NCBI GenBank assembly: GCA_023205875.1
Contig: CP060754.1
Coordinates: 372,001-436,000, forward strand
Source of the DNA: Chloropicon primus
Lineage: Eukaryota
Reading direction: 5' to 3'
DNA: 64,000 nt
Part shown: piece after piece, positions 12,567 to 23,062 of the stretch
How the letters are laid out: every line of letters begins with the position of its first letter
Numbering within the stretch: the stretch's first letter is position 1
Made by a program: the position numbers and the translations under genes
The notes under the pieces: generated by a model
Told to the model about the DNA's origin: nothing
Database searches by the model: none
The model's input: the letters and a program-made list of their open reading frames with translations, nothing else

Positions 12567-13196
12567 CTTTTCAAAATTCCTGTAACCTGTCTTGTCGCCC
12601 GTCGCTTCCTCTCCTAGGCCCTTATCTCAACGCTGAGTCATGAGTTGTATCTCAGGCCCGTGGTCCTCGTTGCAGACTGACCGGATTCCTCCCCCTCCTT
12701 CTCCGTAATAATAACCCCGAACCCTTGGAGAATGCGGACCGAATTTCTGGATAAGGAAGGAAAGCACCGCTGGTTCAACAACCCCAACACCTTTCCCCTC
12801 CCTCGTTCCTGAACTCTAGCGGGACCCCCCACCCTCCGACTGCCTTCGATGGTCTCCTCTTGGTCTCCTTATTTGTAAGATTCAGGATGTTTTTTGTTTG
12901 AAATTCGCGAGAGAACTCGAGGGGACTGTGGAGGGGAAGGAGGGGACTGTGACAACGCTTTGAGACCTTGCCCATCGCGAAGCAACTTCGAACGACGCCG
13001 ATCTGGAACGTCCAAAGATCTTTCCATTGATGCGTGTCATGCCCGGTGCTTGAGCCAGTTCCGAAGAAGTAACAAAGCGCCGTCAGGATCGGGAAGGAGG
13101 GGATCGATGGGGAGTGCAGGAAAGTGGGGGCGTTGAGGGCCAACCACACCAAGGCGGACAATGGGTCGAAGGAGTGCGTGTGCGGATGGATCGCCC

Positions 13197-15563
13197 ATGG
13201 CGGCCATCGCAATTTTCCTCGTTTTGACGCTGGCGTGGGAGAAAGCCGATGCGAAGGGAGAGGGCCTCCTCGCCTGGGGGAAGAATAACGCTGGCCAGCT
13301 TGGGCTGGGCCACACCAAGGACGTCTTCAAGCCCGAGTTCGTGCCAACCTTTTACCCGAAAAAGGTGAAAGCTTTCGCCGCGGGTGGATCCGCGGCCGGG
13401 GAGGGCGGATTCTCCCTCATCCTGACAGAAGGGGACAAGCTGTACGCTTTCGGGTGCAACGAGTACGGCCAACTGGGGGTGGGTGACAACGAAAAGAGGA
13501 GGTCCATGACTCAAGTGAATGTGGCGAGTTCGTCAAGCGGCGAGAGAGTCGTCAGAGTCGCAGCAGGGGACGCCTTTGGTGTGGCGCTCACGGAGAGTGG
13601 TAGGGTATACAGCTGGGGAAACAATCTCGCGGGGCAACTGGGGCTTGGAGACGTGAGGGACAGGAACGTCCCCACACTCGTGACGGGCAATGGCCTAGAG
13701 AGCCAGAACATCACGGACATTGCTGCGGGATCGAGGTTCGTCGTCGCTCTGAGCGAAAGAGGAGCGATCTGGACCTGGGGGTCCAACGATTTCGGGCAGC
13801 TTGGACAAGGAACCATCCCAGGAGGAGGAAGCTTCTCGTCCGAACCGAGGGAGATCAAAGGCGGGGCTCTCCAGGGGGTGAAGTTCTCCGCCGTGGCCTT
13901 GGGATCGAACCACACCCTCGCTCTCAGTCGGAGCGGAGAGATCTACGCCTGGGGAGAGAACGATTTCGGGCAGCTGGGCTTGGGGGACAGGGACAACAGA
14001 AACAAGCCTTTCGCTGTTTTGCACAGGTTCACTCGGTCTCGCATCCAGAGCATAGCTGCGGGCGCAAAACACTCGATGGCCTTGAGCGAGAAGGGGGAGA
14101 TCTTTACTTTCGGGAGCAACGACTGCGACCAGCTGGGCTACAGCCTGGGGAGGAACTCCAATGGCAATTTCATGACCGTTCCCAGCCTCGTGGATTCTGT
14201 GAAGGGGGTCAGGATCCATGCCGGGGCGCGGGTGTCCATGACAACCGTGCGCACGGGAAAGGTATTCGTCTGGGGGTGCAACGACCTCGGCCAGCTCGGG
14301 CTGGGCGACCAAAAGCCGAGGCCAGCCCCGTCCCTCCTTCCCGTCTCCAGGCAGGCCCCCTTGCTCGATTTTGCGATAAGCTCGTCCCACACGCTAGCCG
14401 TGAACAAGGACTTGGACCTCCTCGCGTGGGGCAGGAATGCGAATGCCGAGCTTGGCCTCGCCTACAAGTCGGACTACGAGCTCAGCCCCAAGCTGGTGAC
14501 CTCGTCCACGGCCACGATCACGCAGCTTTGCACGGGGGGGCACGCCTTCGAGGAGCAGGGGCACACGATCTGCAAAACGGGTAGCGGGTACGTCTTCTCT
14601 TGGGGCTGGAACGCGTTCGGTCAGCTTGGCCTTGGCGGGATAAGCAAACTCGTCTCCCAGCCAAGCCGACTCTTTGGCTTGGAGAAGCCCAAGGTGGTAA
14701 GGCACTTTGCGTGTGGGCAGTACAACACCGCAGCTATTGTCGAAAGGAATAGGATGGGCCCCTACACTTGGGGTCCGAATTACAGCGGCCAGCTCGGGCA
14801 CAGCTTCTTTGATCTCGGGCCTATCACAGCGCCAAAGAGAATGGAGATGTTCAAGACGACCAAGTTCGTTCAAATTTCCAGCGGGTACAATCACATGCTT
14901 GGTCTCACGGAGAAGGGAGTGCTGTACGTGTGGGGGAGCAACGTTCACGGGCAGCTCGGCACGGGAGACACAAAAGACCGGGCGAAACCAACCCAGGTGG
15001 TCTTCAGCACGCCCTCTGCGGTCAAAGCCATTGCAACTGGGGCATTTTCAAGCTTTGCCGTTACGGAGGACAACACGACCTTCACCTGGGGCTACAACGA
15101 GGGACTGGAGCTCGGCCTTGGCGAGGGTTACAACCGGAACTCGCCCCAAGTTGTTCACGGCCTGCAAGGCAAGGAAATCGTGACGATTGTTTGCGGCGCG
15201 TACCACACGTTTGCCGTGGACAGCGAAAAGAGAGTCTATGGCTGGGGCTCCAACAGATTCGGTCAGCTGGGTCTTGGGCACACGGACGACGTCCTCACGC
15301 CGACGCTCATTCCGGGCTTGCCGGCCGTGATGTCGCCCCAGAGCCCGTACGGCATCGTAACTTTTTCGGCTGGGAACCACCACTCTGTCATGGTCTCGGA
15401 GAACGGCACGATGTTTGCCTGGGGCAGGAACTCCGCAGGGCAGCTCGGACTCGGGAAAGAATGGGTCGTCGTTACTTCGCCCACGAAAATGGGCGATTTC
15501 AAGATGAGAGGAGTGGTCGCCGCCGCGTCGCACACTCTCGCCGTTGTGGAAGTTGAGACCTAG
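13197..15563 (+). CDS. RCC1/BLIP-II repeat beta-propeller protein (about 14 repeats) with predicted signal peptide
   Basis: Many WGxNxxGQLGLG repeats; MAAIAIFLVLTLAWEKADA at ATG 13197. Confidence 0.9.
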   Translation: MAAIAIFLVLTLAWEKADAKGEGLLAWGKNNAGQLGLGHTKDVFKPEFVPTFYPKKVKAFAAGGSAAGEGGFSLILTEGDKLYAFGCNEYGQLGVGDNEKRRSMTQVNVASSSSGERVVRVAAGDAFGVALTESGRVYSWGNNLAGQLGLGDVRDRNVPTLVTGNGLESQNITDIAAGSRFVVALSERGAIWTWGSNDFGQLGQGTIPGGGSFSSEPREIKGGALQGVKFSAVALGSNHTLALSRSGEIYAWGENDFGQLGLGDRDNRNKPFAVLHRFTRSRIQSIAAGAKHSMALSEKGEIFTFGSNDCDQLGYSLGRNSNGNFMTVPSLVDSVKGVRIHAGARVSMTTVRTGKVFVWGCNDLGQLGLGDQKPRPAPSLLPVSRQAPLLDFAISSSHTLAVNKDLDLLAWGRNANAELGLAYKSDYELSPKLVTSSTATITQLCTGGHAFEEQGHTICKTGSGYVFSWGWNAFGQLGLGGISKLVSQPSRLFGLEKPKVVRHFACGQYNTAAIVERNRMGPYTWGPNYSGQLGHSFFDLGPITAPKRMEMFKTTKFVQISSGYNHMLGLTEKGVLYVWGSNVHGQLGTGDTKDRAKPTQVVFSTPSAVKAIATGAFSSFAVTEDNTTFTWGYNEGLELGLGEGYNRNSPQVVHGLQGKEIVTIVCGAYHTFAVDSEKRVYGWGSNRFGQLGLGHTDDVLTPTLIPGLPAVMSPQSPYGIVTFSAGNHHSVMVSENGTMFAWGRNSAGQLGLGKEWVVVTSPTKMGDFKMRGVVAAASHTLAVVEVET

Positions 15564-15611
15564 GCTACAAAGATTGTTATTAGTTACACTTGTATTATTC
15601 TTTTTTGTAAT

Positions 15612-16550
15612 TTAAGCCACATCCATCGAGCTTATGTAGAGGTCGTAGTACTGCAAGAAAAAGAGTGTGTGTGTGTGTGTGTGTGCGCGCGCGTCAGCAT
15701 ATATTCGTTTGGAACACCTTTTCGACAACGTCGTCGTACTCACCTTCGCGGCCTCTTCGTAGTCCCCCATCTCGGTGTAGAGGTCGGCAATCACGCCATA
15801 AGCATCCCCAAGCCCCCTGAAGTCGCTGTTGTTCTCAGAGATGTCCACCACCTGTTTCATGAAATCCAGCGCCTCATCGTGCCGCCCCAACGCCGCGTTC
15901 GCTGCCCCCAGGCCTCGAAGGACCTTCCTCCTCGCCCTCCAGGGCGACTCCAGCTCTTGGCTGATGTCGTCCATGTGACTCATGGCGGAAGAGAAGCACT
16001 CCAGGGCCGCCTGGCCCTGGTTCTCCTTCAAGGCCAGCTTTCCGGACTTCAACAAGCCCAAGACCTCTGCCTTTTTGCTGGAGCTCCCGTCGTCATTGTG
16101 AGCTGCCGGGGCCCTGAGCTTCTTCCTCTGCGCCCTCGTCTGCTTCCTAAGCTCCTTGCTAACCTCCAAGAGCTTGTCGTTCAGCCTCTGCACCTCGGCC
16201 TTCCTCTTCCTCAGGCCGATGCCGGTGACGACACTTCCGATGAATCCAACGCCTTGACCGAACACAAGAGCCTCCACGAGCCTCTGGTGCGACAGGGTGA
16301 GGCCCAGCCAATTCACCGAGAAGTTAGGAAACACGTCCTCCAAGCTCGTTCTGGCCAAGGCCGGCTCGCAGGCGACCAACGTTCCCACGAGCAACGCCGC
16401 GCTCACGCCCTCGAGGAGGAGCCTCTGCCTCATCATCGAAGAATTCGCCACCCTCGCACAACGAACGCTCTCGGGCTTGGCCCTCCCCGCACTCGCGCCT
16501 TCCGCCCGGCACGAGGGCGCCCTCCTCCCGCACAGAACAACCTTCGTCAT
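15612..16550 (-). CDS. FLU: FLU-like (fluorescent in blue light) TPR regulator of tetrapyrrole synthesis
   Basis: Transit peptide, TM (GQGVGFIGSVVTG), coiled coil, TPR with RRKVLRGLGAA and DAYGVIADLYTEMGDYEEAAK/YYDLYI. In-frame 93-nt intron 15743-15651. Confidence 0.85.
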   Translation of the reverse strand: MTKVVLCGRRAPSCRAEGASAGRAKPESVRCARVANSSMMRQRLLLEGVSAALLVGTLVACEPALARTSLEDVFPNFSVNWLGLTLSHQRLVEALVFGQGVGFIGSVVTGIGLRKRKAEVQRLNDKLLEVSKELRKQTRAQRKKLRAPAAHNDDGSSSKKAEVLGLLKSGKLALKENQGQAALECFSSAMSHMDDISQELESPWRARRKVLRGLGAANAALGRHDEALDFMKQVVDISENNSDFRGLGDAYGVIADLYTEMGDYEEAAKVSTTTLSKRCSKRIYADARAHTHTHTLFFLQYYDLYISSMDVA

Positions 16551-16838
16551 CACCCTCGACTCGACTGGACTCGACTCCTCGCGCGCGCCCTTGTCAAAGC
16601 ACGTGAGTATTTGGATAAAAATCAGGAAGCTCAAGGCGAGCCTGAAGCTGGACTTCAAGGGGACCGGGGAGTACAAGCTCTCGCCCGAGGGGGGGAAAGG
16701 AAGAGAGGAGCCTGGGTAAATAATAAATAGATCAAAATAACGGATCCAAGCAATGAGTTTTTGCGCTTCTTCGTCCCCGTCCGAGCCTAACGTGCGGTGT
16801 CGCATTAAATAATGAGTTTGTAAGGAACTCAAACTCAA

Positions 16839-18182
16839 CTACTCGATCGGGATGTCGTTTGGATACAAGTGCTTGTGCTTCTTTGCGAACTCCTTGATCT
16901 CCTGGTACTGCTTCTCGAGGTGCTCTGGCACGACGTCGTACACGTCCTCGACCAGGTCCCTCAAGGGCCTCTTCTGCTCCCTCTCCGCCATGTCCAGGAC
17001 CTTCATGACAGCTTTCCTGGACTCGGCCCGGAGAACGGACTCCTCCTCCTCGGTCCACCAGCCCTTGTGCTCCAGCCAGATCTGGAACCTCGCCACCGGG
17101 TCCCTTGCTTTCCAGGCCTTCATCTCCGAGAGCTCCCTGTACCTTGACGAGTCGTCGGAGGTCGAGTGGTGGCTGGTCCTGTACGACATGGCCTCCACCA
17201 GAATGGGGCTCTGGTTCTTCACGACGTAGTCTCTAGCGATCGTGGTGGCGTGGAACATCGCGAGGGCGTCCATTCCGTCCACCCTGATGGCCGGCATCCC
17301 GTACGCGCTGCCTCTTCCAGCGATTCCGTCTCCCGTGTACTGCTCGTCGGATGGGGTCGAGATCGCCCAGCCGTTGTTCCTGCACATGAAGATCATGGGG
17401 CAGGCGAGGGTCGAAGCGAAGTTCATCGCGGCGTGGAAGTCCCCCTCGCTCGCGGCTCCCTCCCCGAAGTACGTCACCGTGATTCCGTCGTAGTTGGCGA
17501 GCTTGTTCGCGTACGCGGCCCCAGCGGCCTGGGGGAGCTGCGTGCACAGAGGAGACGATATGGTCTGGAAGTTCATGTCCTTCCGGCCGTAGTGGACGGG
17601 CATCTGCCTGCCCTTGTTGTAATCCCTGTGGTTCCCGTAACACTGGTCCGCGAACTCCTGGAAGGTCTGCCCCCGCCACATGAGCACGCCGTGCTCGCGG
17701 TATTGGGCGAAGACGTGGTCCTTGAAGTCGAGGCCCGCCGCGCTTCCTATCACGGTCGCCTCCTCCCCGAAGCACGTCATGTAGAAGCTGAACCTCCCCT
17801 GCCTCTGCGCCTCGTAGAACAGCGTGTCCATCGTCTGAAGCTTCACCATATTCTCGTACATCTTCCTTCCCAGCTCCTCGTCCACCTCGTACGCGCTCGC
17901 GTCGTCCAGGACGCACTGCCCGGTCTCGTCGAGGACCCTGAAGCACGGCATGCCCCCCGTCAGCGAGGGCTCGTGGATATCCAGCTGCGACACGAAGGGA
18001 ATCTTCCTGTCCCTGAACTCGTAAAAGCTCGGCTCAGCGGCCTCGCCAGCCTTCGCGGCGTAGCCCCGCACCACGACGCTCCTTCCAGAGCTCGTCGGCA
18101 GTTCCGGCAGCGACCCGCCCCCGATCCTCGCCGCCCGCAAAGCCGCGCTCGCTCCCCACCGTCCCGCTACGTAACGAATCAT
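16839..18182 (-). CDS. BCKDHA: Branched-chain alpha-keto acid dehydrogenase E1 alpha subunit, mitochondrial
   Basis: [52 protein letters not shown]. Mitochondrial-type presequence at ATG 18182. Confidence 0.95.
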   Translation of the reverse strand: MIRYVAGRWGASAALRAARIGGGSLPELPTSSGRSVVVRGYAAKAGEAAEPSFYEFRDRKIPFVSQLDIHEPSLTGGMPCFRVLDETGQCVLDDASAYEVDEELGRKMYENMVKLQTMDTLFYEAQRQGRFSFYMTCFGEEATVIGSAAGLDFKDHVFAQYREHGVLMWRGQTFQEFADQCYGNHRDYNKGRQMPVHYGRKDMNFQTISSPLCTQLPQAAGAAYANKLANYDGITVTYFGEGAASEGDFHAAMNFASTLACPMIFMCRNNGWAISTPSDEQYTGDGIAGRGSAYGMPAIRVDGMDALAMFHATTIARDYVVKNQSPILVEAMSYRTSHHSTSDDSSRYRELSEMKAWKARDPVARFQIWLEHKGWWTEEEESVLRAESRKAVMKVLDMAEREQKRPLRDLVEDVYDVVPEHLEKQYQEIKEFAKKHKHLYPNDIPIE

Positions 18183-18348
18183 CCTTCCTCTCTCTCTCTC
18201 TCTCTCTCTCTGTGCTCCGCTCTGCCTCTCTCCCTTCTCTCTCCACGATCGCCGGCGGGAGTGCCAGGTCAGCCTTGACTCGCACGAGGAGCGGCGGGAG
18301 AGGCCAGAGCTGAGAGCAGAGAGCGTCAGAGAGGGGGGGAGAAAGAAG
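18183..18348. promoter_or_regulatory. Putative bidirectional promoter between the BCKDH E1-alpha and E1-beta genes
   Basis: 166 bp between divergent ATGs. CT-rich on the left half and GA-rich on the right half, so each gene has a purine-rich leader. Confidence 0.65.
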
Positions 18349-19461
18349 ATGTTGAGGAGGGGTAATGGAGTGGTGGGGAGGGGAATGGTGGAGCGGATGG
18401 TGTCGTCGATGCTGTGCGGGGGGAACGCGACCACGACGACGTGCAGTCGCGGCTTTAGCGCGGAGGTGGGGGAGCAGCAGAGGGCGAGGAAGATAAATTT
18501 GTTCACTGCCATCAACGACGCTCTCAACCTGTCCCTGGAGGAGGACGAAAAGACTTTGATATTCGGGGAGGACGTGAGCTTCGGAGGCGTCTTCAGGTGC
18601 ACGTCCGGGCTCCTGGAGAAGCACGGGAGCGACAGGGTCTTCAACACGCCGCTGTGCGAGCAGGGCATCCTAGGTTTCGCGGTCGGTGCCGCAGCCATGG
18701 GATACAAGCCCGTGGTGGAGATCCAGTTCGCGGACTACATCTTCCCCGCTTTCGACCAGATTGTGAACGAGGCGGCCAAGTACAGGTACAGGAGCGGTGG
18801 TATGTTCAGCTGCGGGGGCCTGACGATAAGGACGCCCTGCGGGGCTGTTGGCCACGGGGGTCACTACCACTCTCAGTCCCCAGAGGCGTTCTTCATGCAC
18901 TCGCCGGGCCTCAAGGTGGTCATGCCGAGCGGCCCGAAGGACGCCAAGGGCCTTCTGCTCTCGTCCATCAGGGACGACAACCCGGTCGTCTTCTTCGAGC
19001 CGAAGATCATGTACCGGACGTCGGTCGAGGAGGTTCCTTACGGCGACTTCACCGTGCCCCTGGGGAAGGCGGCCGTGGTGAGGGAGGGAAAAGACATCAC
19101 CTTGGTGGGCTGGGGCTCCCAGGTCGGGGTGCTGCGCCAGGCAGCCGAAGAGGTCGAGAAGAACGACGGCATATCCTGCGAGGTCATCGACTTGAGGACC
19201 ATCCTTCCTTGGGACGTGGACACGATCGCCGAGTCCGTGACCAAGACGGGGAGGCTTCTGGTGAGCCACGAGGCGCCTCTCACGGCCGGAGTTGGCGCCG
19301 AGATTGTCTCCACGATATCCAAGGAGTGCTTCCTGAATCTGGAGGCCCCGCCGCTCAGGGTCTGCGGTGCCGACACGCCGTTCCCGCTGGTTTTGGAGCC
19401 CTTCTACCTTCCAAGGCAGTCCAGGGTGATCGCGGAGATCAGGAACTCGCTCGCGTTTTAG
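18349..19461 (+). CDS. BCKDHB: Branched-chain alpha-keto acid dehydrogenase E1 beta subunit, mitochondrial
   Basis: [68 protein letters not shown]. Confidence 0.96.
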   Translation: MLRRGNGVVGRGMVERMVSSMLCGGNATTTTCSRGFSAEVGEQQRARKINLFTAINDALNLSLEEDEKTLIFGEDVSFGGVFRCTSGLLEKHGSDRVFNTPLCEQGILGFAVGAAAMGYKPVVEIQFADYIFPAFDQIVNEAAKYRYRSGGMFSCGGLTIRTPCGAVGHGGHYHSQSPEAFFMHSPGLKVVMPSGPKDAKGLLLSSIRDDNPVVFFEPKIMYRTSVEEVPYGDFTVPLGKAAVVREGKDITLVGWGSQVGVLRQAAEEVEKNDGISCEVIDLRTILPWDVDTIAESVTKTGRLLVSHEAPLTAGVGAEIVSTISKECFLNLEAPPLRVCGADTPFPLVLEPFYLPRQSRVIAEIRNSLAF

Positions 19462-19567
19462 TTTTAGGGCGAGGAGGAGACAGGACGGCTAGACGGCGGA
19501 AACGAATAGGACTTAACTGCTATTTTAATCGTGAAGAATTTTAGGATCATTATCATTAGGATCCCAG

Positions 19568-19598
<31 letters not shown>

Positions 19599-19635
19599 CT
19601 GCAAACGAAAAAGGATGGTGCATCAACGAAGATGT

Positions 19636-20508
19636 TCATTTCATCATCTCCACCTCGGAGGCCTGGAGCTTTCCGGTTCTGAAGTCCATGAACGCCTGCT
19701 GGATCTCCTCCTCCGTGTTCATCACAAACGGGCCGTACTGAACGATGGGCTCCTTGATCGGCTCCGCTCCGAACAGGAGGAACTTCAGCGTTCCCTCCGT
19801 CGAGGCCTCGAGAAGGGACCCCTTGTGGTCAAAGATGTGAGACTCCCTCACCCTGGGCGGGGCCCCGGCCAGAGTTCCGTTGCCCTCCGCGTCGTAAACG
19901 TAAGCGAAGGAGTTCCAGTGCTCGGGAAAGTCGTGGGAGAAGGACCCCCCGGCCTCGAGCCTGACGTCCAGCAAGAACCCGGGGATCTTGAGCGCGACTG
20001 GACCCTTCACCCCGGAGTGCTCTCCCGAGAAGACGCGAACCGAGTGGCTTTCCCCTGAGAAAATTGGGATCTTGTCCGCCTCGTAGTCCTGGTACCTTGG
20101 GGTACACATCTTGTCCTTCCTCGGCAGGTTTATCCAGAGCTGAAACCCCCACAGCATGTCGTCCCCTTTGCTCTTCGGAAACTCTGAGTGCACGATCCCT
20201 CTTCCAGCGGACATGAACTGGATCCCCCCCGGCCCCACGAGGCCCTTGTTTCCACCGTGATCCCGGTGCTCCACGCTGCCCTTGAGCATTATCGTGCACG
20301 TCTCGAATCCCCTGTGTGGATGGTCTGGAAACCCCATGGAGGCATCTTTAGACGGGCTCTTGAACTCGTCCAACATCAGAAACGGATCCAAGTTTCTCAT
20401 TGCGGACGTTCCTATCGTCCTGTACACGGGAACCCCGCCTCCCTCCATCATCTTTTGGCCGGGCACGAACGCCTTCACGAGGCGAGGGGTCGCCTTGGCT
20501 GCTGCCAT
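19636..20508 (-). CDS. Pirin family protein (possible upstream in-frame start at 20769 adding a TM segment)
   Basis: LDPFLMLDEF, GFPDHPHRGFETCT, AGRGIVHSE, EPIVQYGPFVMNT. Confidence 0.93.
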   Translation of the reverse strand: MAAAKATPRLVKAFVPGQKMMEGGGVPVYRTIGTSAMRNLDPFLMLDEFKSPSKDASMGFPDHPHRGFETCTIMLKGSVEHRDHGGNKGLVGPGGIQFMSAGRGIVHSEFPKSKGDDMLWGFQLWINLPRKDKMCTPRYQDYEADKIPIFSGESHSVRVFSGEHSGVKGPVALKIPGFLLDVRLEAGGSFSHDFPEHWNSFAYVYDAEGNGTLAGAPPRVRESHIFDHKGSLLEASTEGTLKFLLFGAEPIKEPIVQYGPFVMNTEEEIQQAFMDFRTGKLQASEVEMMK

Positions 20509-21277
20509 GTTCTCGGAGTTCTCAGCAGCAGCAGTGGTCGCCTTCTCTGAGAAGAGGTGCCACCAGCAGCTAACGCTCAGCAGGGCGAACGCCAACAGGT
20601 AGAGATACGCGGCGCCGCACAGCAGCGAACGACTCCGAAGTCTCCAGGCCAGAAAGGCGGTGATCTTGAGGGATGGCTCGCTCGCTCGTCGACGCCGCCG
20701 CCGCGAATATTCCTTCCTGCCGTGGTCTCGGAGACCAGCCTCGGCTTCCTCCTTGGGCCCCAGAGACATCTGGATCGTGGCAGCAAATATTCGCTGCGTC
20801 AAACTTTTCCACAACTTTTCCCTCCCCCCCCGAAGGAAAAGGACGCGGGGCCCAGATGAGATCCGACAAAGCGCGATATCTACTCCATGGCGTCGAGGCA
20901 AAAGCGCGCCGAAACACCCCCGGGGTGGGTCGTGTAGAAATCCCCCAGTACTCGCACCTTGACCTGTTGAACCTGTTTGCTGAGCAAGAGGATGGATGAG
21001 GAAGAGGAGGCCAAAAAAACGGAGTGGAGTTGGGAGCTGTTGACCCCTTGCTTGAAGAAGACCGAGACGACCGAGAAAGTCTGCAGCGGCCAGCACCGGG
21101 TGGGAGGAAGGAATCGCGGTGCAAGCAAGGAATCGTGGGTGTTCGTCGTCGTCTTCGTCGTCAGCCTTCGTTTCGTTTGGAGTGGAGAGAGTGCCTTGAG
21201 GTTGGTTTGATTCTCCAGCAACACACTCAAGAGTTGTTGATTCAAGCTCTCTCTCTCAGCTCTCGCCCGCCTCCCAC

Positions 21278-21943
21278 ATGGGAAACTGCAACACCAGACT
21301 CCTCTTCGGTGGTGGTGGGACGAGCGCGAACGCGAGAGACATGCACGCCGCCGCTCCGGCTTCCGAGGGCGCGTACCACGCGGCCCAGCAGCTGATGAGG
21401 TCCACCTCCAGCGACGACTCCACGTACATCCTGTTCGAGAACCAGACGGACAGCCCCGTCAAGCTGTACTGGTTGAATTACGAGGGCCAGGAGGTCGCGT
21501 ACCGCTCCGTGGAGCCGGGGAAGATCCACAGGCAGCAGACCTTCGTGACCCACCCGTGGACCTTCAAGTTGCTGGAGCCGGTCCCGGGATCCAAGGAGGA
21601 CGACGTCGTTGTCGACAACAGGAGGGTGGTCTTCCCCGCCAACAACCACGAGGGGAGCAAGCGGGCGGTCCTGAAGAGGCCGGAGATGTGGCAGTGGACC
21701 CCCGAGAACCACAAGAAGCGCTTCCCGAGGAAGTTCGTGGAGTCCACCCAAGCCTTCCTGCGGGCGTACCACAGCCAGAGGCACTGGTGCCAGGGCGACG
21801 GCGGCGGCGACGGCGAGTGGCCCTCGGGGGGCCCCTCGGCGAGCTTGGGAGTCTTCCCCACCGAAATCGTCCTGAGAATCATCGAGCTGTCGGCGCCGGA
21901 CATCCCTTACGTGCTGCCAGTCGCAAGTTCCGATACTTTGTAG
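21278..21943 (+). CDS. von Hippel-Lindau beta-domain protein with N-terminal MGNC acylation motif
   Basis: FENQTDSPVKLYWLNYEGQEVAY...QQTFVTHPW matches the VHL beta-domain pattern. Confidence 0.8.
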   Translation: MGNCNTRLLFGGGGTSANARDMHAAAPASEGAYHAAQQLMRSTSSDDSTYILFENQTDSPVKLYWLNYEGQEVAYRSVEPGKIHRQQTFVTHPWTFKLLEPVPGSKEDDVVVDNRRVVFPANNHEGSKRAVLKRPEMWQWTPENHKKRFPRKFVESTQAFLRAYHSQRHWCQGDGGGDGEWPSGGPSASLGVFPTEIVLRIIELSAPDIPYVLPVASSDTL

Positions 21944-22093
21944 AAGTCGCGAGTTCCCCTTTTCCTCTCACGTAGTAGTAGTGCGTCGTAGATAACTCCC
22001 TGTGTATATTTTCAATAATGATGTTAATTTTATTTCCCCAGAACAACAACAACAACAAACACACGATATCTCGCCCCCCCCCCCGCTTCCCCC

Positions 22094-23062
22094 CTAAGCG
22101 TCCGGCTCGAAAGACATGGTGTTCATATCCATGTTCAGTGCCGCCTGTTGGTCCTCGTCGATCCTGAAGTAGGGGTTGTTCTTGAACTCCAAGTAAAGCG
22201 TGAAGAGCACGTGCAGGGACTCCACCAAGTTATCGTACACGGGAATGTCCAAGATGTTGCAAAGGACCTGAACCAGGTCCCTTAGACCGATTCCTATATG
22301 CTCGTTGGGAAGCTTCATGGTCTGCATGACTTCCTCGATCTCGGCGGGCCAGGCGCTCATCAGCGAGTCGATGTCGGGCATGCTCTTGGTGTAGTTTACA
22401 GTTCCGGCGACCTTCTTCTTCTGTATCGCACGGATGTTCTGAATCCAGGTGTCTATTTTCTGAGGTTGCTTGTGTACATCTTCCAAAACGCCCACCTGCA
22501 CGGGTTGCGTGAAAGCCTGCTTTGAATTCGCACGAAGCTGGAGGTTCAGCACCGCGGGATCCGACTGCTTGGCCGCGGGCTCGTCCAGGAACTTGAACCC
22601 GAGCTCGTCGGGCTTGCCGTCCGGCCGAGGCACCTTCAAGAACTCGTCCACGTCCCCGACGGACGGGAAGTAGTCGGGAATGAAAGGCTTGAGCTTCGTG
22701 TCCAGGTCAACGTTCTGGGGCCTGAACCTCTGGATGTACTGGAAGAGGTTCTCCATCGAGAGCTCCGAGCCGGCTTCCATGCCCTTCATAAAGTCCTCGG
22801 ACTTGCCGTACTCTGAAGAGTTCTCCATGCCCAACTTGTCGTCGTGACTGCTCCTCACGTCGCTCTCGGACATGAGGTCGTCATACCCCGTGTCCTCCGT
22901 ATCGAAGTGGCCCCCCGGTCTGTCCATGCTGACTCCGGTACCTCCCGCCTCGTCCTGCGCCTCTATCGTCTCGTCTTTCTCCAGCAAGGAGTCCTCGTCG
23001 GAAAGGACGACCTCCTCGTCGTGGGGGAGGTTCTCCACCACCCTGCTATCGTTCAGGCTCAT
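22094..23062 (-). CDS. IFT46: Intraflagellar transport protein 46
   Basis: LKPFIPDYFPSVGDVDEFLKVPRPDG, LDEPAAKQSDPAVL, MPDIDSLM, ILDIPVY..VESLHVLFTLYLEFK. Confidence 0.93.
   Translation of the reverse strand: MSLNDSRVVENLPHDEEVVLSDEDSLLEKDETIEAQDEAGGTGVSMDRPGGHFDTEDTGYDDLMSESDVRSSHDDKLGMENSSEYGKSEDFMKGMEAGSELSMENLFQYIQRFRPQNVDLDTKLKPFIPDYFPSVGDVDEFLKVPRPDGKPDELGFKFLDEPAAKQSDPAVLNLQLRANSKQAFTQPVQVGVLEDVHKQPQKIDTWIQNIRAIQKKKVAGTVNYTKSMPDIDSLMSAWPAEIEEVMQTMKLPNEHIGIGLRDLVQVLCNILDIPVYDNLVESLHVLFTLYLEFKNNPYFRIDEDQQAALNMDMNTMSFEPDA

Noticed and set aside
18183..18707. N-terminal extension of E1-alpha overlapping E1-beta
   Set aside because: It is the antisense of E1-beta plus a GA microsatellite. 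The presequence begins at 18182.
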